Of a stretch of 64,000 nucleotides of DNA, positions 11,072 to 20,154 are shown in pieces. The stretch is taken from contig CAVXTP010000010.1 in NCBI GenBank assembly GCA_963764715.1, forward strand, positions 128,001-192,000. The letters are read 5' to 3'. How positions within the stretch are numbered: the stretch's first letter is position 1; every line of letters starts with the position of its first letter. The position numbers and the translations under genes were made by a program. The notes below the pieces were generated by a model. That model was not told the DNA's origin and did not search any database. It saw only the letters and a program-made list of their open reading frames with translations. Origin of the DNA: an uncultured Acidobacteriota bacterium (GTDB lineage Bacteria; Acidobacteriota; Thermoanaerobaculia; UBA5066; Gp7-AA6).

Positions 11072-13579
11072 TCATTCACTGGCCTTGTTGTTGCGCTGTG
11101 CCTCTTCGAGCTTCTGGATGTCCTCGGGCGAGAGCTGCGGTCGATCGACCTTGATCGTCAGCTTGTGAAGCTTGGCCGTGAGGGCGAACGGAGGCTGGTA
11201 ATCCGCGTCGTTCACGCCGGTCAGGGTGTCCGAGCCGACATCGAAGCTCTCGTCCCACTGCAGAATCATCGGCAGCGTCTTTGCCATCGGCTTCGTGTCG
11301 ACCGCCTTGCCATCGACCTTGAGCGTGCCGGTGCCCGGCCGGCCGACGCCGCTGAAGTTGTTGAACGCCAGCGTGCCGGCGCCCAGGCCGTCGTACTTGA
11401 AGTCGAACTCGACCGTGTGCCGCCCCGGCGGCAGCGCGTCGGGGGCTTCCCACTTCAGGCGCTCGAGATCGACCATGTTCCACAGGAACACCGGCTTGCC
11501 CTTCAGCAGGTAGAAGCCGTAACCGCCGAAGCGCCCGCCCGATGTCAGGATCATTCCCTCGGCGCCGCCCTGCGGCACCTCGATGTCGGCGCTGACCGTA
11601 TAGGAAGTATTCAGCAGCAGAGGCGAGTCGCCCTGCGGCAGGCCGACCATCGGCCGCATGTAGACGAACTCGCTGCGGCCCGCGGTGATGTTCGGACGCG
11701 GTGCGACGATGCGGGCCGCCACCGACGCGTCCATCGGGAACACCTGGTACTTTTTCGCCTCGGCGATGAACGAGTCCTTCATCTCCTTGACCTTCTGCGG
11801 GTTCTTCGCCGCGAGGTCGGCGGTCTGGCTGAAGTCCGTATTCAGGTCGAAGAGCTGGAGGACCTGGTTGTTGAGCGGGTCCGGATTCGCCGGGCCGAAC
11901 GCCTCCCACGGCGCGCGGTTGACCTTGGTGCTCAGGAACCAGCCGTTCTCGTACAGCGCCCACTGTCCCATCATCTCGAAGTACTGCTTCGAGTGCCTCG
12001 ACGGCAATTTCGCATTCTTCGCGTCGAAGGTGTAGGCGAAGCTGGTGCCTTCGATCGGCGCTTGCTTGATGCCGTCGACCATCTCGGGCGCGCGGATGCC
12101 GGCTGCTTCGAGGATCGTCGGCACGACGTCGATGACATGCACGAACTGCTCGCGCAGGGTCCCCTTGTCCTGTATGCGCGCGGGCCAGGACACCACCATG
12201 TTCTGGTTGACGCCGCCCAGCTGCGAGGCGTTCTGCTTGAACCAGGAGAACGGCGTATCGAACGCCCACGACCAGCCGGCCGACATGTGGTTGTAGGTCC
12301 GTTCGGTGCCCCAGACGTCATAGAACTTGAGCTGGACCGCGGCGGGCAGTTTGTTGAGGCCGTTGAAGAACGCCACTTCGTTGGGCGTACCAAGCGGCCC
12401 GCCCTCGGCGGACGTGCCGTTGTCGCCGTTGATGTAGATGATCAGGGTGTTGTCGAGCCTGCCCAGGTTCTCGAAGGTCTGGACCACGCGGCCGATCTCG
12501 TAGTCGCTGTACGCGGCGTAGGCGGCAAAGACCTCGACCTGGCGGATGAAGAGCTTCTTCTCGTCGGCGGTCAGCTCCCCCCACGGCTTCAGGACGTCCT
12601 TCGGCCACGGCGCGAGCCGGGTGTCCTTCGGGATGACTCCCAGACGCTTCTGATTCTCGAAGATGGTCTGGCGCAGCTTCTCGTATCCGCCGCCGAAGAG
12701 CTTCATCGCGTGGATCCGGTCCACCCACTCCTGCGTCGGGTGGTGCGGCGCGTGCGTGGCGCCGGGCGCGTACTTGACGAAGAGGGGCTTCGACGGGGCG
12801 ATCTGGTGCATCCGCGACACGTAGTCGATGGCGTCGTCGGCCATCGCCGTGACCAGGTTCCAGGTGCCCGAAGGCTTGCCCTGGAACGGGTAGATCTGCG
12901 TCGTGTTGCGGAACAGGTTCGGCTCCCACTGGTTGGCGTCGCCGCCGACGAAGCCGTAGAAGTATTCGAAGCCCATTCCGGTCGGCCACTGGTCGAAGGG
13001 GCCGGCCTGGCTGGCAGCGAACGCCGGCACGTTGTGGTCCTTTCCGAACCACGCGGTGGCGTAACCGTTGTCGACGAGGATACGGCCCACGGTGGCCTTG
13101 TCCTTGCCGATGATGCTGTTGTAGCCGGGAAAGCCCGTGGACTGCTCGGAGATCACGCCGAAGCCGGCCGAGTGGTGGTTTCGCCCGGTGATCAGCGCGG
13201 CGCGCGTGGGCGAGCACAGCGCGGTCGAGAACATGCGGTTGTAGCGCAGGCCCTCCCGGGCGATGCGGTCCATCGTTGGCGTCGGGATCACGCCTCCGAA
13301 GGTGCTCGGAACGCCGAACCCCGCGTCGTCAGTGATGATCAGGAGCACGTTGGGCGCGCCCTTCGGCGGCACGACGCGGGGCGCCCACCACGGCTTCGAC
13401 TGGAGGGCGTCGTCTTTGATGACGCCGCCGAACGGCGGATCGGGCGGCGGCAGCTGCTTGCCGTCGATCGAGGTCGTCGCTCCGGGAGCGCCCGGCGGGG
13501 GGGGCTGCTGCGCGAAAACCGGAAGTGCAACCCCCAGAGCGAGAAAGAACAGGCCGAAGCGGAGCCCCTTGGACGGCAT
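11072..13579 (-). CDS. Secreted arylsulfatase (Cys-type, formylglycine-dependent)
   Basis: [28 protein letters not shown] sulfatase signature, [16 protein letters not shown]. Confidence 0.95.
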   Translation of the reverse strand: MPSKGLRFGLFFLALGVALPVFAQQPPPPGAPGATTSIDGKQLPPPDPPFGGVIKDDALQSKPWWAPRVVPPKGAPNVLLIITDDAGFGVPSTFGGVIPTPTMDRIAREGLRYNRMFSTALCSPTRAALITGRNHHSAGFGVISEQSTGFPGYNSIIGKDKATVGRILVDNGYATAWFGKDHNVPAFAASQAGPFDQWPTGMGFEYFYGFVGGDANQWEPNLFRNTTQIYPFQGKPSGTWNLVTAMADDAIDYVSRMHQIAPSKPLFVKYAPGATHAPHHPTQEWVDRIHAMKLFGGGYEKLRQTIFENQKRLGVIPKDTRLAPWPKDVLKPWGELTADEKKLFIRQVEVFAAYAAYSDYEIGRVVQTFENLGRLDNTLIIYINGDNGTSAEGGPLGTPNEVAFFNGLNKLPAAVQLKFYDVWGTERTYNHMSAGWSWAFDTPFSWFKQNASQLGGVNQNMVVSWPARIQDKGTLREQFVHVIDVVPTILEAAGIRAPEMVDGIKQAPIEGTSFAYTFDAKNAKLPSRHSKQYFEMMGQWALYENGWFLSTKVNRAPWEAFGPANPDPLNNQVLQLFDLNTDFSQTADLAAKNPQKVKEMKDSFIAEAKKYQVFPMDASVAARIVAPRPNITAGRSEFVYMRPMVGLPQGDSPLLLNTSYTVSADIEVPQGGAEGMILTSGGRFGGYGFYLLKGKPVFLWNMVDLERLKWEAPDALPPGRHTVEFDFKYDGLGAGTLAFNNFSGVGRPGTGTLKVDGKAVDTKPMAKTLPMILQWDESFDVGSDTLTGVNDADYQPPFALTAKLHKLTIKVDRPQLSPEDIQKLEEAQRNNKASE

Positions 13580-13715
13580 TCGAGAGCCTCCTTGCGTCAC
13601 TACGGTCGGAAAGTGCTTTGCGGGCCTCCGACCCGGTCGTCGGTGTTGCCCGGATCGTCCTGCGTGATGTTGGTCGTGTCCGGCATGAAGACCAGATCCT
13701 GCAAAAGCTCGGTCG

Positions 13716-14039
13716 TCAACGCGGGTGGTTGCCCACGGCTCCGGGTTGGTTCACCCCGGGATCCCGGCCCGCGTTCCCGGCCGCCCCCGGCTGGTTGAGG
13801 CCGGGATCCCGGCCGACGTTGCCCGCGGCTCCCGGCTGGTTGAAGCCGGGGTCCGACGCCGCGCGGACCTGCCTCGCCGAGCCCCCGTAGCCGGTCGCCG
13901 TTGCGCCGGGACGATTGCCGGCGGCGCCGGGCTGGTTGATGCCGCGGTCGCGCTGCGCCTCGGCGGCCGGGGGCGCCCCCATGACGGCCACCGTGACGGC
14001 GAGTGTTGCGATCCAGGCCGAGCGTCTTTTCGCTGTCAT
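13716..14039 (-). CDS. Small secreted repeat peptide (DPGxNQPGAAGN x4)
   Basis: GGAGGAGGAGAG-ATG; signal peptide ending AEA; four near-identical repeats. Confidence 0.8.
   Translation of the reverse strand: MTAKRRSAWIATLAVTVAVMGAPPAAEAQRDRGINQPGAAGNRPGATATGYGGSARQVRAASDPGFNQPGAAGNVGRDPGLNQPGAAGNAGRDPGVNQPGAVGNHPR
13719..13853 (-). repeat. Three tandem 45-bp coding repeats (fourth partial copy at 13914..13949)
   Basis: Units encode DPGFNQPGAAGNVGR, DPGLNQPGAAGNAGR and DPGVNQPGAVGNHPR. Confidence 0.9.
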
Positions 14040-14073
14040 CTCTCCTCCTCCAACCCGGTCCTCGTCATGGCTG

Positions 14074-14919
14074 CTACGGGGCGCCGGGCGTCGGTGGGCC
14101 TGGGGCCGCGGGGCTCGTCGGGTCGCCCGTCGCGAGCAACGCGGCCGTGAACTTCTCGAATGCGAACTCCTTCCCGGCCTCGCCCGGCGGGAAGGTGAAC
14201 GTGCCGTCGGCGATCTGTGGGGCGAGATCCCAGCTCTTGAAATCGATGCGAGCCCTGGGCGCTCCCGGGACCTGCTTGTAGCCGAGCTCCACTCTTCGGG
14301 GCAGCGGCTGACCCGCCGATGGGATCCAGACTCCCACGTCCACGAAGGCGTCGGCGTACGCCAGATGCACGCACTCGACGCCGTCGATCGTCTCGCGTCC
14401 GACCAGCCCGCCTTTCGTGGTCGGGCCGATGAAAGCGTCGTACGGCTTGCTGTAGACGACGTCGGCGATCGGCACCGGGAGCGAGTACCGCCGGGCGACG
14501 TCATCCAGCATTTCGTCGAGCGTTCCGAGCGTCGTCGTCTGCGTCCAGGCCCCGTGCCGGTTGTCGCGAAGCGATACGGTCGAACGGTCGTACCAGGCGG
14601 AAACGTCGGCCGGCGTGTCGCCCGAGCCTTTCACTTGAAATGCCATCGCGCCTGGTCGGCGGACCGTGACCGCCCGGGAGAAGTTCATGACGTGCCCGCC
14701 CGTGCCGGCGACCGGCTCGAGGCTCTCGACTGTCGTGAACCGGAACGCCGAGGCCTTCGCGAGTGTGTCGCTCATCGCGCGCATGAGGCGCTCGCCTTCG
14801 GCGGCCGCCGCCGGCGTGCCCGGACGGGGATCGCGCGAGCACGCCAGGGCGCACACGGCCACGAGAGCCGACGCCGCGGCCGTTCGCCGGAGGGCGGTCG
14901 CCTTCCTCCGGGCCGGCAC
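14074..14919 (-). CDS. DUF2092-family periplasmic/lipoprotein
   Basis: ALACS lipobox, LMRAMSDTLA, VRRPG, GVECVHLAY, VWIPSAGQPLPRR, FTFPP. Confidence 0.8.
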   Translation of the reverse strand: MPARRKATALRRTAAASALVAVCALACSRDPRPGTPAAAAEGERLMRAMSDTLAKASAFRFTTVESLEPVAGTGGHVMNFSRAVTVRRPGAMAFQVKGSGDTPADVSAWYDRSTVSLRDNRHGAWTQTTTLGTLDEMLDDVARRYSLPVPIADVVYSKPYDAFIGPTTKGGLVGRETIDGVECVHLAYADAFVDVGVWIPSAGQPLPRRVELGYKQVPGAPRARIDFKSWDLAPQIADGTFTFPPGEAGKEFAFEKFTAALLATGDPTSPAAPGPPTPGAP

Positions 14920-15480
14920 TTAGCGGACGCCGGGGCCGCGCCCGCCGACGCCGACGCCGTGGAAGCCGGCCCCGACGCCGCCGCCGGCACCGACCCAGTC
15001 GATGAAGAGCGCGGTCTGCCCGCCGGAAGCCGGGAGCTTTCCCTTGATGAGTTTGTAGTTGTAGACCATGTCCGCGCCGTCGACCTTCGGGTGGCTGATC
15101 TCGACGACCACGAGCGTGCTGTCGGCTTGTCCCGGTTCATAGACGGAGAGCACGGCATTCGGCGGGTCCGCTCCGAAATTGTCCTTTCCCGCCTTCGAGG
15201 TCCACTCGTCGAGAAACTCGGACATCTTGAGGTGTCCGGCGATCCGGACGGGCCGGTCCGAAAAGTACAGCGTCTGCTGGCCGATCTTGACCAGTCGAAG
15301 AGTCTGCGCGGCGGCGTCCACCTTCATGTCCTCGGCGACCTGAACGAACATGAGCTGCGCCTTCGGGGCCTCGTCCTTGGGAGCGGGTGTCCATCCCAGC
15401 GAGCCGAGAGCCAGGACGGCGCCCGCGACCAGGGCGGGGCTGTACTTGAGAAACCTGCAGAGATTCTGGGGCGTATGCAT
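14920..15480 (-). CDS. Secreted hypothetical protein with a Gly/Val-rich C-terminal tail
   Basis: LMFVQVA, TLYFSDRPVRIAGH, NFGADPPNAVLS, ALFID; ends GAGGGVGAGFHGVGVGGRGPGVR. Confidence 0.75.
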   Translation of the reverse strand: MHTPQNLCRFLKYSPALVAGAVLALGSLGWTPAPKDEAPKAQLMFVQVAEDMKVDAAAQTLRLVKIGQQTLYFSDRPVRIAGHLKMSEFLDEWTSKAGKDNFGADPPNAVLSVYEPGQADSTLVVVEISHPKVDGADMVYNYKLIKGKLPASGGQTALFIDWVGAGGGVGAGFHGVGVGGRGPGVR

Positions 15481-15521
15481 TTTGCTTTCCTTCGATTTCA
15501 GGAGCCGATGAGCCGTCTTCG

Positions 15522-15959
15522 TCACTGCGTTATCTGCGCCAGGATTTTCGCCTTCGCGGCGTTGTAGTCGCTTTCGCTGATCAGTCCCTGCTTGTAGAGA
15601 GATTCGAGCTCCCCGAGCTTCTGCTGGGGAGTCTTCTGGGCCGTCGTCGCGGGCGCGGCCGCCGCGTGCGCCGCGGCTTGGGCGGCCGCCGCCGAAGCCT
15701 GGGATGCGGCCGCCGCGGACTGCGCCGCCGCCGTCTCGGCCGCCGCGGTCTGCTGGGCCGCCGCCGACTGTTTGGCCGCTGCCGATTCACTGGCCGCCGC
15801 GCTCGACACCGCGACGCTCGTTCCCACGACCGCCCATCGGCGGGCATGCCGGCGCCAGACGCCGAAGATGGCAAAACCCTGCGTCGCGCAGAGGAGCAGC
15901 GCGACTGTCCCCATCACGACCTTCGTCCGGAAGCTGTGTCGGGTGGATTCGGATGTCAT
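15522..15959 (-). CDS. Secreted Ala-rich protein with a C-terminal SHOCT domain (paralog A)
   Basis: KLGELESLYKQGLISESDYNAAKAKIL; N-terminal hydrophobic segment then GVWRRHARR. Confidence 0.85.
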   Translation of the reverse strand: MTSESTRHSFRTKVVMGTVALLLCATQGFAIFGVWRRHARRWAVVGTSVAVSSAAASESAAAKQSAAAQQTAAAETAAAQSAAAASQASAAAAQAAAHAAAAPATTAQKTPQQKLGELESLYKQGLISESDYNAAKAKILAQITQ

Positions 15960-15984
15960 CCTTGCCTCCTGGTTCCTCGACCGA

Positions 15985-16416
15985 TCACTGCGAAAGCTGG
16001 GCGAGGATCTTCGCTTTCGCGGCGTTGTAGTCGCTCTCGCTGATCAATCCCTGCTTGTAGAGTCCCTGAAGCTCTTGGAGCTGCTGTTGCGGGGTCTTCT
16101 GGGAGGCCGCCGGGGCCGGCGCCTTGGCCGCCGCCGCGGCCGACTGAGCCGCCGCCGCGGAGGCCTGGGATGCCGCCGCGGCCGACTGCGCCGCCGCCGT
16201 CTCGGCAGCCGCGGACTGCTGGGCGGCGGCCGACTGCTGCGCCGCGGCCGCGGAGCTCGAGGCGGCCGCTTCCGTGCTGGCGGTCGTGGCCACCACGGCC
16301 GTGGTTCTCCGGGCCGTCCGACGCCAGACGCCGGCGATGCCGAAGCCCTGCGAAGCGCAGAGCAGAAGGGCCATGGTTCCGAGCGCGACGGTCGTCCCGA
16401 GACGTCGGGCGTTCAC
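15985..16416 (-). CDS. Secreted Ala-rich protein with a C-terminal SHOCT domain (paralog B)
   Basis: GTG start overlapping the upstream stop; GVWRRTARR; LQELQGLYKQGLISESDYNAAKAKIL. Confidence 0.85.
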   Translation of the reverse strand: MNARRLGTTVALGTMALLLCASQGFGIAGVWRRTARRTTAVVATTASTEAAASSSAAAAQQSAAAQQSAAAETAAAQSAAAASQASAAAAQSAAAAAKAPAPAASQKTPQQQLQELQGLYKQGLISESDYNAAKAKILAQLSQ

Positions 16417-17009
16417 TTCGCCCTCTTGGTGTAGCTGAACTCCATCATCTTGAACATCTTGTCGCCGAGCCCGTTGCCCCAGAGCTCCGTGACGTGGTTG
16501 CCGGCGGCGTCGAGGGTGAGGCGCAACTCGAGGGGAGAGGGCTTGCCGGTCACCGGGTTGGCCATCGAGCCTTTGAGGGTCGCCTTCTTGCCGCTCGCGT
16601 CGAATCCGCCCTCGTACCACTCCATGCCCGTGCTGCCGGAGTCCATGAACGTCGCCATGTACTTCTTCGCCGTGTTGTCGAATCCCGCGTAGCCGATGCC
16701 GTTGTACGGCTCGCCCGCCACGGTCCCGGCCAGCATCATCTGGACGTAGCGGCCGCCCAGAACCCACTGGCCGACCATCACGCCGATATCCTCGGACGGA
16801 GGATCGGTCGGCGCGACCCAGGTCCGGAACTTCACGTCGAACGTGCCCACCATGAAATCGAGCTTTTTCTGGCCCTCGCCCGGGGTCATGGACTTTTCGA
16901 AGGCCGCAGAGATCGCCGCGTCTTTCGTCGACTTCTCCTGGCCGACGGCCGAAACCGCCAGTCCGAGGACCACGGCCGCGACCGCCGCGATGCGATAGAA
17001 ACCTCTCAT
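16413..17009 (-). CDS. DUF1579-family secreted protein
   Basis: Signal peptide, TPGEGQKKLDFMVGTF, WVLGGRYV, GYAGFDN, FMDSGSTG, MEFSYTK. Confidence 0.8.
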   Translation of the reverse strand: MRGFYRIAAVAAVVLGLAVSAVGQEKSTKDAAISAAFEKSMTPGEGQKKLDFMVGTFDVKFRTWVAPTDPPSEDIGVMVGQWVLGGRYVQMMLAGTVAGEPYNGIGYAGFDNTAKKYMATFMDSGSTGMEWYEGGFDASGKKATLKGSMANPVTGKPSPLELRLTLDAAGNHVTELWGNGLGDKMFKMMEFSYTKRAK

Positions 17010-17118
17010 CGATAGCCTCCTTGCGTGCCCGGGAATCGCTTCTCCGGCAGCTGTTGCGAACGAATCGATTCGCGTCATGCGTTCACTTTCGTTCGCACGA
17101 GCGTGTGAATCCTATGTT

Positions 17119-17652
17119 TTACGTTTCTTCGCCTTCTTGATGCATTCGCATCAGGCGCTCCGAGGCGGTTGGCGCGACCACCGTATCACCTGCCGCGGTG
17201 CGTACCATCGGCGGGGCCGCCGCGAGAACGCCAACGCCCTCCACGCGCGGCGAGCAGTAGCGTCCGCCGGCGAAGACGATCTCGGCCGCCGGAAGCAGGT
17301 CGTCCGCGATCGACTGCTTGAGAACGTAGCCGTTGGCCCCGGAGCGGAAGGCCGCCTCGGCGGCGGCCCGGGCGCCGTGGGGGGAGAGAAGGATGATCCT
17401 CTGCTCCGGGCGGAGCTCGCGCAGACGGCGAATGGCGCCCAGGCCGTCGGGAGAGAGGCCGAGATCGAGGACCGCCATCGCCGGCTGGAGAAGCCGGACG
17501 CCCTCGACGAGCGACGCTTCGTTGGTCACCGTGACGACGGTCGCGAACATGGATCCCAGAAGCCCCTGGATGCCTTCGAGCAGACCAAGGTGCCTGTCGG
17601 CGAGCAGCAGGCAGTTCGGCGAAGCCGACGCCGGGTCCGGGTCTGAGGCCAT
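17119..17652 (-). CDS. Stand-alone receiver-domain protein (atypical ADRH pocket)
   Basis: LLLADRH, AVLDLGL, GANGYVLKQ; no HTH. Confidence 0.75.
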   Translation of the reverse strand: MASDPDPASASPNCLLLADRHLGLLEGIQGLLGSMFATVVTVTNEASLVEGVRLLQPAMAVLDLGLSPDGLGAIRRLRELRPEQRIILLSPHGARAAAEAAFRSGANGYVLKQSIADDLLPAAEIVFAGGRYCSPRVEGVGVLAAAPPMVRTAAGDTVVAPTASERLMRMHQEGEET

Positions 17653-17712
17653 GGTCACAGTCTTGACCCCGCGAGCCTCGCCCGCACCTCGCAAATCTAC
17701 GTGGTTTGGAAG

Positions 17713-18354
17713 TTAGAGGACCGCGATGCCGTGCTCGAAAGCGAAGCGGACGAGCTCGGCGCCGGTGCGCAGTCCCAGGGCTTCCATCATCTTGTACTTG
17801 TGGAACTCGACCGTACGCGTCGACACGCCGAGCAGGGCCGCGATCTCCTTGGCGGCCTTTCCCGCCGCGAGGAGCTGAAGGATCTCGCGCTGGCGCGGAG
17901 TCAGCGACGCGGCGGCGTCGCCCGCGGGATGACGGGATCGACCATCGGGCGCGACCGCATCGGCGGCGATCTCCGGAGTCACGAACGTCCGGCCGGCCAG
18001 GGCGGCGTGGATCGCCTCGATGAGCTCGGCCGGAGCCGAGGACTTCAGGACGAACCCCGAAGCTCCCGCCGCGAGGGCCCGCCGCGCATAGGCGGTTTCG
18101 CGATGCATGGTGATGACGACGACGCGCGCGTCCGGGTTGTCCTTCTTCAGGAGCGGGATCGCGTCGAGTCCGTTCAGCCGGGGCATCGTGATGTCGGCGA
18201 CGATGACGTCGGGCTTGAGCCGGGCCGCGGCCTCGACCAGGGCCCGGCCGTCCTCGACGAGTCCGACGAGCTCGAACTCGGGGTCGAGGAGGCGCTTGAG
18301 GCCCTCGGCCATCATGCGGTGATCGTCGGCGAGGAGCACGCGGGCGCGCTTCAC
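17713..18354 (-). CDS. NarL/LuxR-family DNA-binding response regulator
   Basis: VLLADDH, VADITMP, GFVLKSSA, LTPRQREILQLLAAGKAAKEIA, RTVEFHKY. Confidence 0.95.
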   Translation of the reverse strand: MKRARVLLADDHRMMAEGLKRLLDPEFELVGLVEDGRALVEAAARLKPDVIVADITMPRLNGLDAIPLLKKDNPDARVVVITMHRETAYARRALAAGASGFVLKSSAPAELIEAIHAALAGRTFVTPEIAADAVAPDGRSRHPAGDAAASLTPRQREILQLLAAGKAAKEIAALLGVSTRTVEFHKYKMMEALGLRTGAELVRFAFEHGIAVL

Positions 18355-20129
18355 GAAGCCCTCGTCTCGGACGGCGCCCAGACCTCGATGGTGGTGCCTC
18401 GCCCGGCGGCGCTCCGGATACCGATCCGCCCGCCGAGCAGCTCTGCCCGTTCCCGCATGCTCGCGAGGCCGAGGCCGGGGCGCAGTCGCTCGGCCAGCGG
18501 ATCGAAGCCCTCGCCGTCGTCGCGGATCGAGAGGCGGACGCCGCCCGACTCCGCCTCCAGGACGAGGTCGACCGCGCTCGCCCGGGCATGGCGCGCCGCG
18601 TTGCGCAGGGCCTCCTGGGCGATCCGGAAGAGTCCGAGCGCGGCGTCGCGCGAGAGGTCGGGGACGGACTCGGGCGCGTGGAGCCGGACCGGGAGCGACT
18701 CGAGGCTCTCCAGGCGTTCGCATTCGATGCGGAGGGCCTCCGTCAGGCCGAGGTCGTCGAGCGTCGAGGGGTGGAGGTGGTAGGCCAGCCGGTGCACGTC
18801 CTCGGAGATCTTCGTCAGCTCGCCGCGCATCTCGGCCGCGGTCCCGGCCTCGTCGCGGGAACTCGAATGGCGCTCGAGCTGCGCCGCGTCGATCGAGAGC
18901 CGGGCCAGACGCTGGCTCAGGTCGTCGTGGAGCTCCCGGGCGATCGACTTGCGCTCGTCCTCCTGGGCCGTGATCAGGAGCCGGTTCAGCGCCCGCACAC
19001 GCTCCTCGGCGCCTTGGCGGCGCCGGCGCTGGGCGAGAAGGCCGGCGATCAGAAGCGTCTCGACCGCGACGACCGCGACTCCGGTCAGGGCCTGGCGGCG
19101 GTAAGCCGCCCAGAGCGACGGCGGGCGGTTGCGCACCTCGCTGCCGGGGGGCAGCCGCCTCTCGTCGATGCTCCAGCGGTGGAGCTCGCGCCAGTCGTAC
19201 AGGTCGCGAAAGGGCTCGACGGGCGGGATCGCGATCTCCGCCGGCGGCTCGCCCCGCAGGAGCGCGAGAGCGACGCCCGCGCTGCGCCGCGCCTCCCGGT
19301 CGATGTCGACGAGCGGCCCGCCCACGATGCCCCGGCCGAGCTGGGTTTCGAAGATGCCGAACACGGGCGAATTGGACGCCGCGCGGATCGCAGCGAGGCC
19401 TTCGTGCTCTTCGTAGGGAACCCCGGCGGCGTCCACGTTGAGCGTCCCGTAGAAGACCGCCGAACGGGGGGGCAGCGCCGCGACCGCGCGGCGCATCCCT
19501 TCGAGCGGCAGCGTGTCGAGCCACTGGAACTCGACGCGCCCCGCGAAGCGCGCGAACTCGCGCTCGGCCTGGACCCGCCAGAACCTCTCGAGCGGCGAAT
19601 TTCCGATCACCATCGCCACCCGGTTCGTTCCCGGGAGCAGGCGGAGAATGTTCTCGACGATGCCCGGCGGGTCGATGTGGATCGGCACGATGACCTGGAT
19701 CGGCGACGGGGGCATCTCCCCGAGCCGTCGAACGTCGAGCCCGGTCGCGAGCACCGGGACGGACTCGAAGAGGGAGAAGCGGTTGCGGGCCACGAAGCTC
19801 GCGGCCGGAGCGCCCACGCTGATCACGAGGTCGAGCTGCCGGTCGCGAACCAGGGCCCGGAGGTAGTCGACGAACGGGCCTTCTTCGCCGGGCTGCGCGA
19901 AGCGCGCCAGCTCCAGGGGCGTCTCGAGGAACTCGACCGGTCCGGGCCACCGGCGGGCGATCTCGGTGCGGATCGAGGCCGTGAACCCGTCCCAGGGCGC
20001 GAAGCGATTGCCGAACGTGCTGACGAGCAGAATCCGGCGGACCTCGGTGTCCGCCGCGGCGAGGTCGTGCGGCCCGCCCAGGACGAGGAGCGCCGCGGAT
20101 GCCGCCAGCGCCCGGGTCAGAAGCCGCAC
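18351..20129 (-). CDS. HisKA_3 sensor histidine kinase with a periplasmic ABC-type binding domain
   Basis: Signal peptide, large periplasmic domain, TM, QEDERKSIARELHDD, QEALRNAARHA, DDGEGFD, GLGLASMRER. Confidence 0.92.
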   Translation of the reverse strand: MRLLTRALAASAALLVLGGPHDLAAADTEVRRILLVSTFGNRFAPWDGFTASIRTEIARRWPGPVEFLETPLELARFAQPGEEGPFVDYLRALVRDRQLDLVISVGAPAASFVARNRFSLFESVPVLATGLDVRRLGEMPPSPIQVIVPIHIDPPGIVENILRLLPGTNRVAMVIGNSPLERFWRVQAEREFARFAGRVEFQWLDTLPLEGMRRAVAALPPRSAVFYGTLNVDAAGVPYEEHEGLAAIRAASNSPVFGIFETQLGRGIVGGPLVDIDREARRSAGVALALLRGEPPAEIAIPPVEPFRDLYDWRELHRWSIDERRLPPGSEVRNRPPSLWAAYRRQALTGVAVVAVETLLIAGLLAQRRRRQGAEERVRALNRLLITAQEDERKSIARELHDDLSQRLARLSIDAAQLERHSSSRDEAGTAAEMRGELTKISEDVHRLAYHLHPSTLDDLGLTEALRIECERLESLESLPVRLHAPESVPDLSRDAALGLFRIAQEALRNAARHARASAVDLVLEAESGGVRLSIRDDGEGFDPLAERLRPGLGLASMRERAELLGGRIGIRSAAGRGTTIEVWAPSETRAS

Positions 20130-20154
20130 GACGTCACCCGGCCGGGCCCCGGCC

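Noticed and set aside
13600-13686. 28-codon minus-strand ORF (MPDTTNITQDDPG...) upstream of the sulfatase
   Set aside because: No convincing RBS or recognisable features
8616-13798. Very long plus-strand ORFs (850 aa, 922 aa) and similar antisense ORFs throughout the window
   Set aside because: Shadows of real minus-strand genes in high-GC DNA; Arg/Gly/Val-rich with no motifs or RBS
13719-13853. 45-bp repeats as a CRISPR array
   Set aside because: No unique spacers, in-frame coding with synonymous variation, and no cas genes
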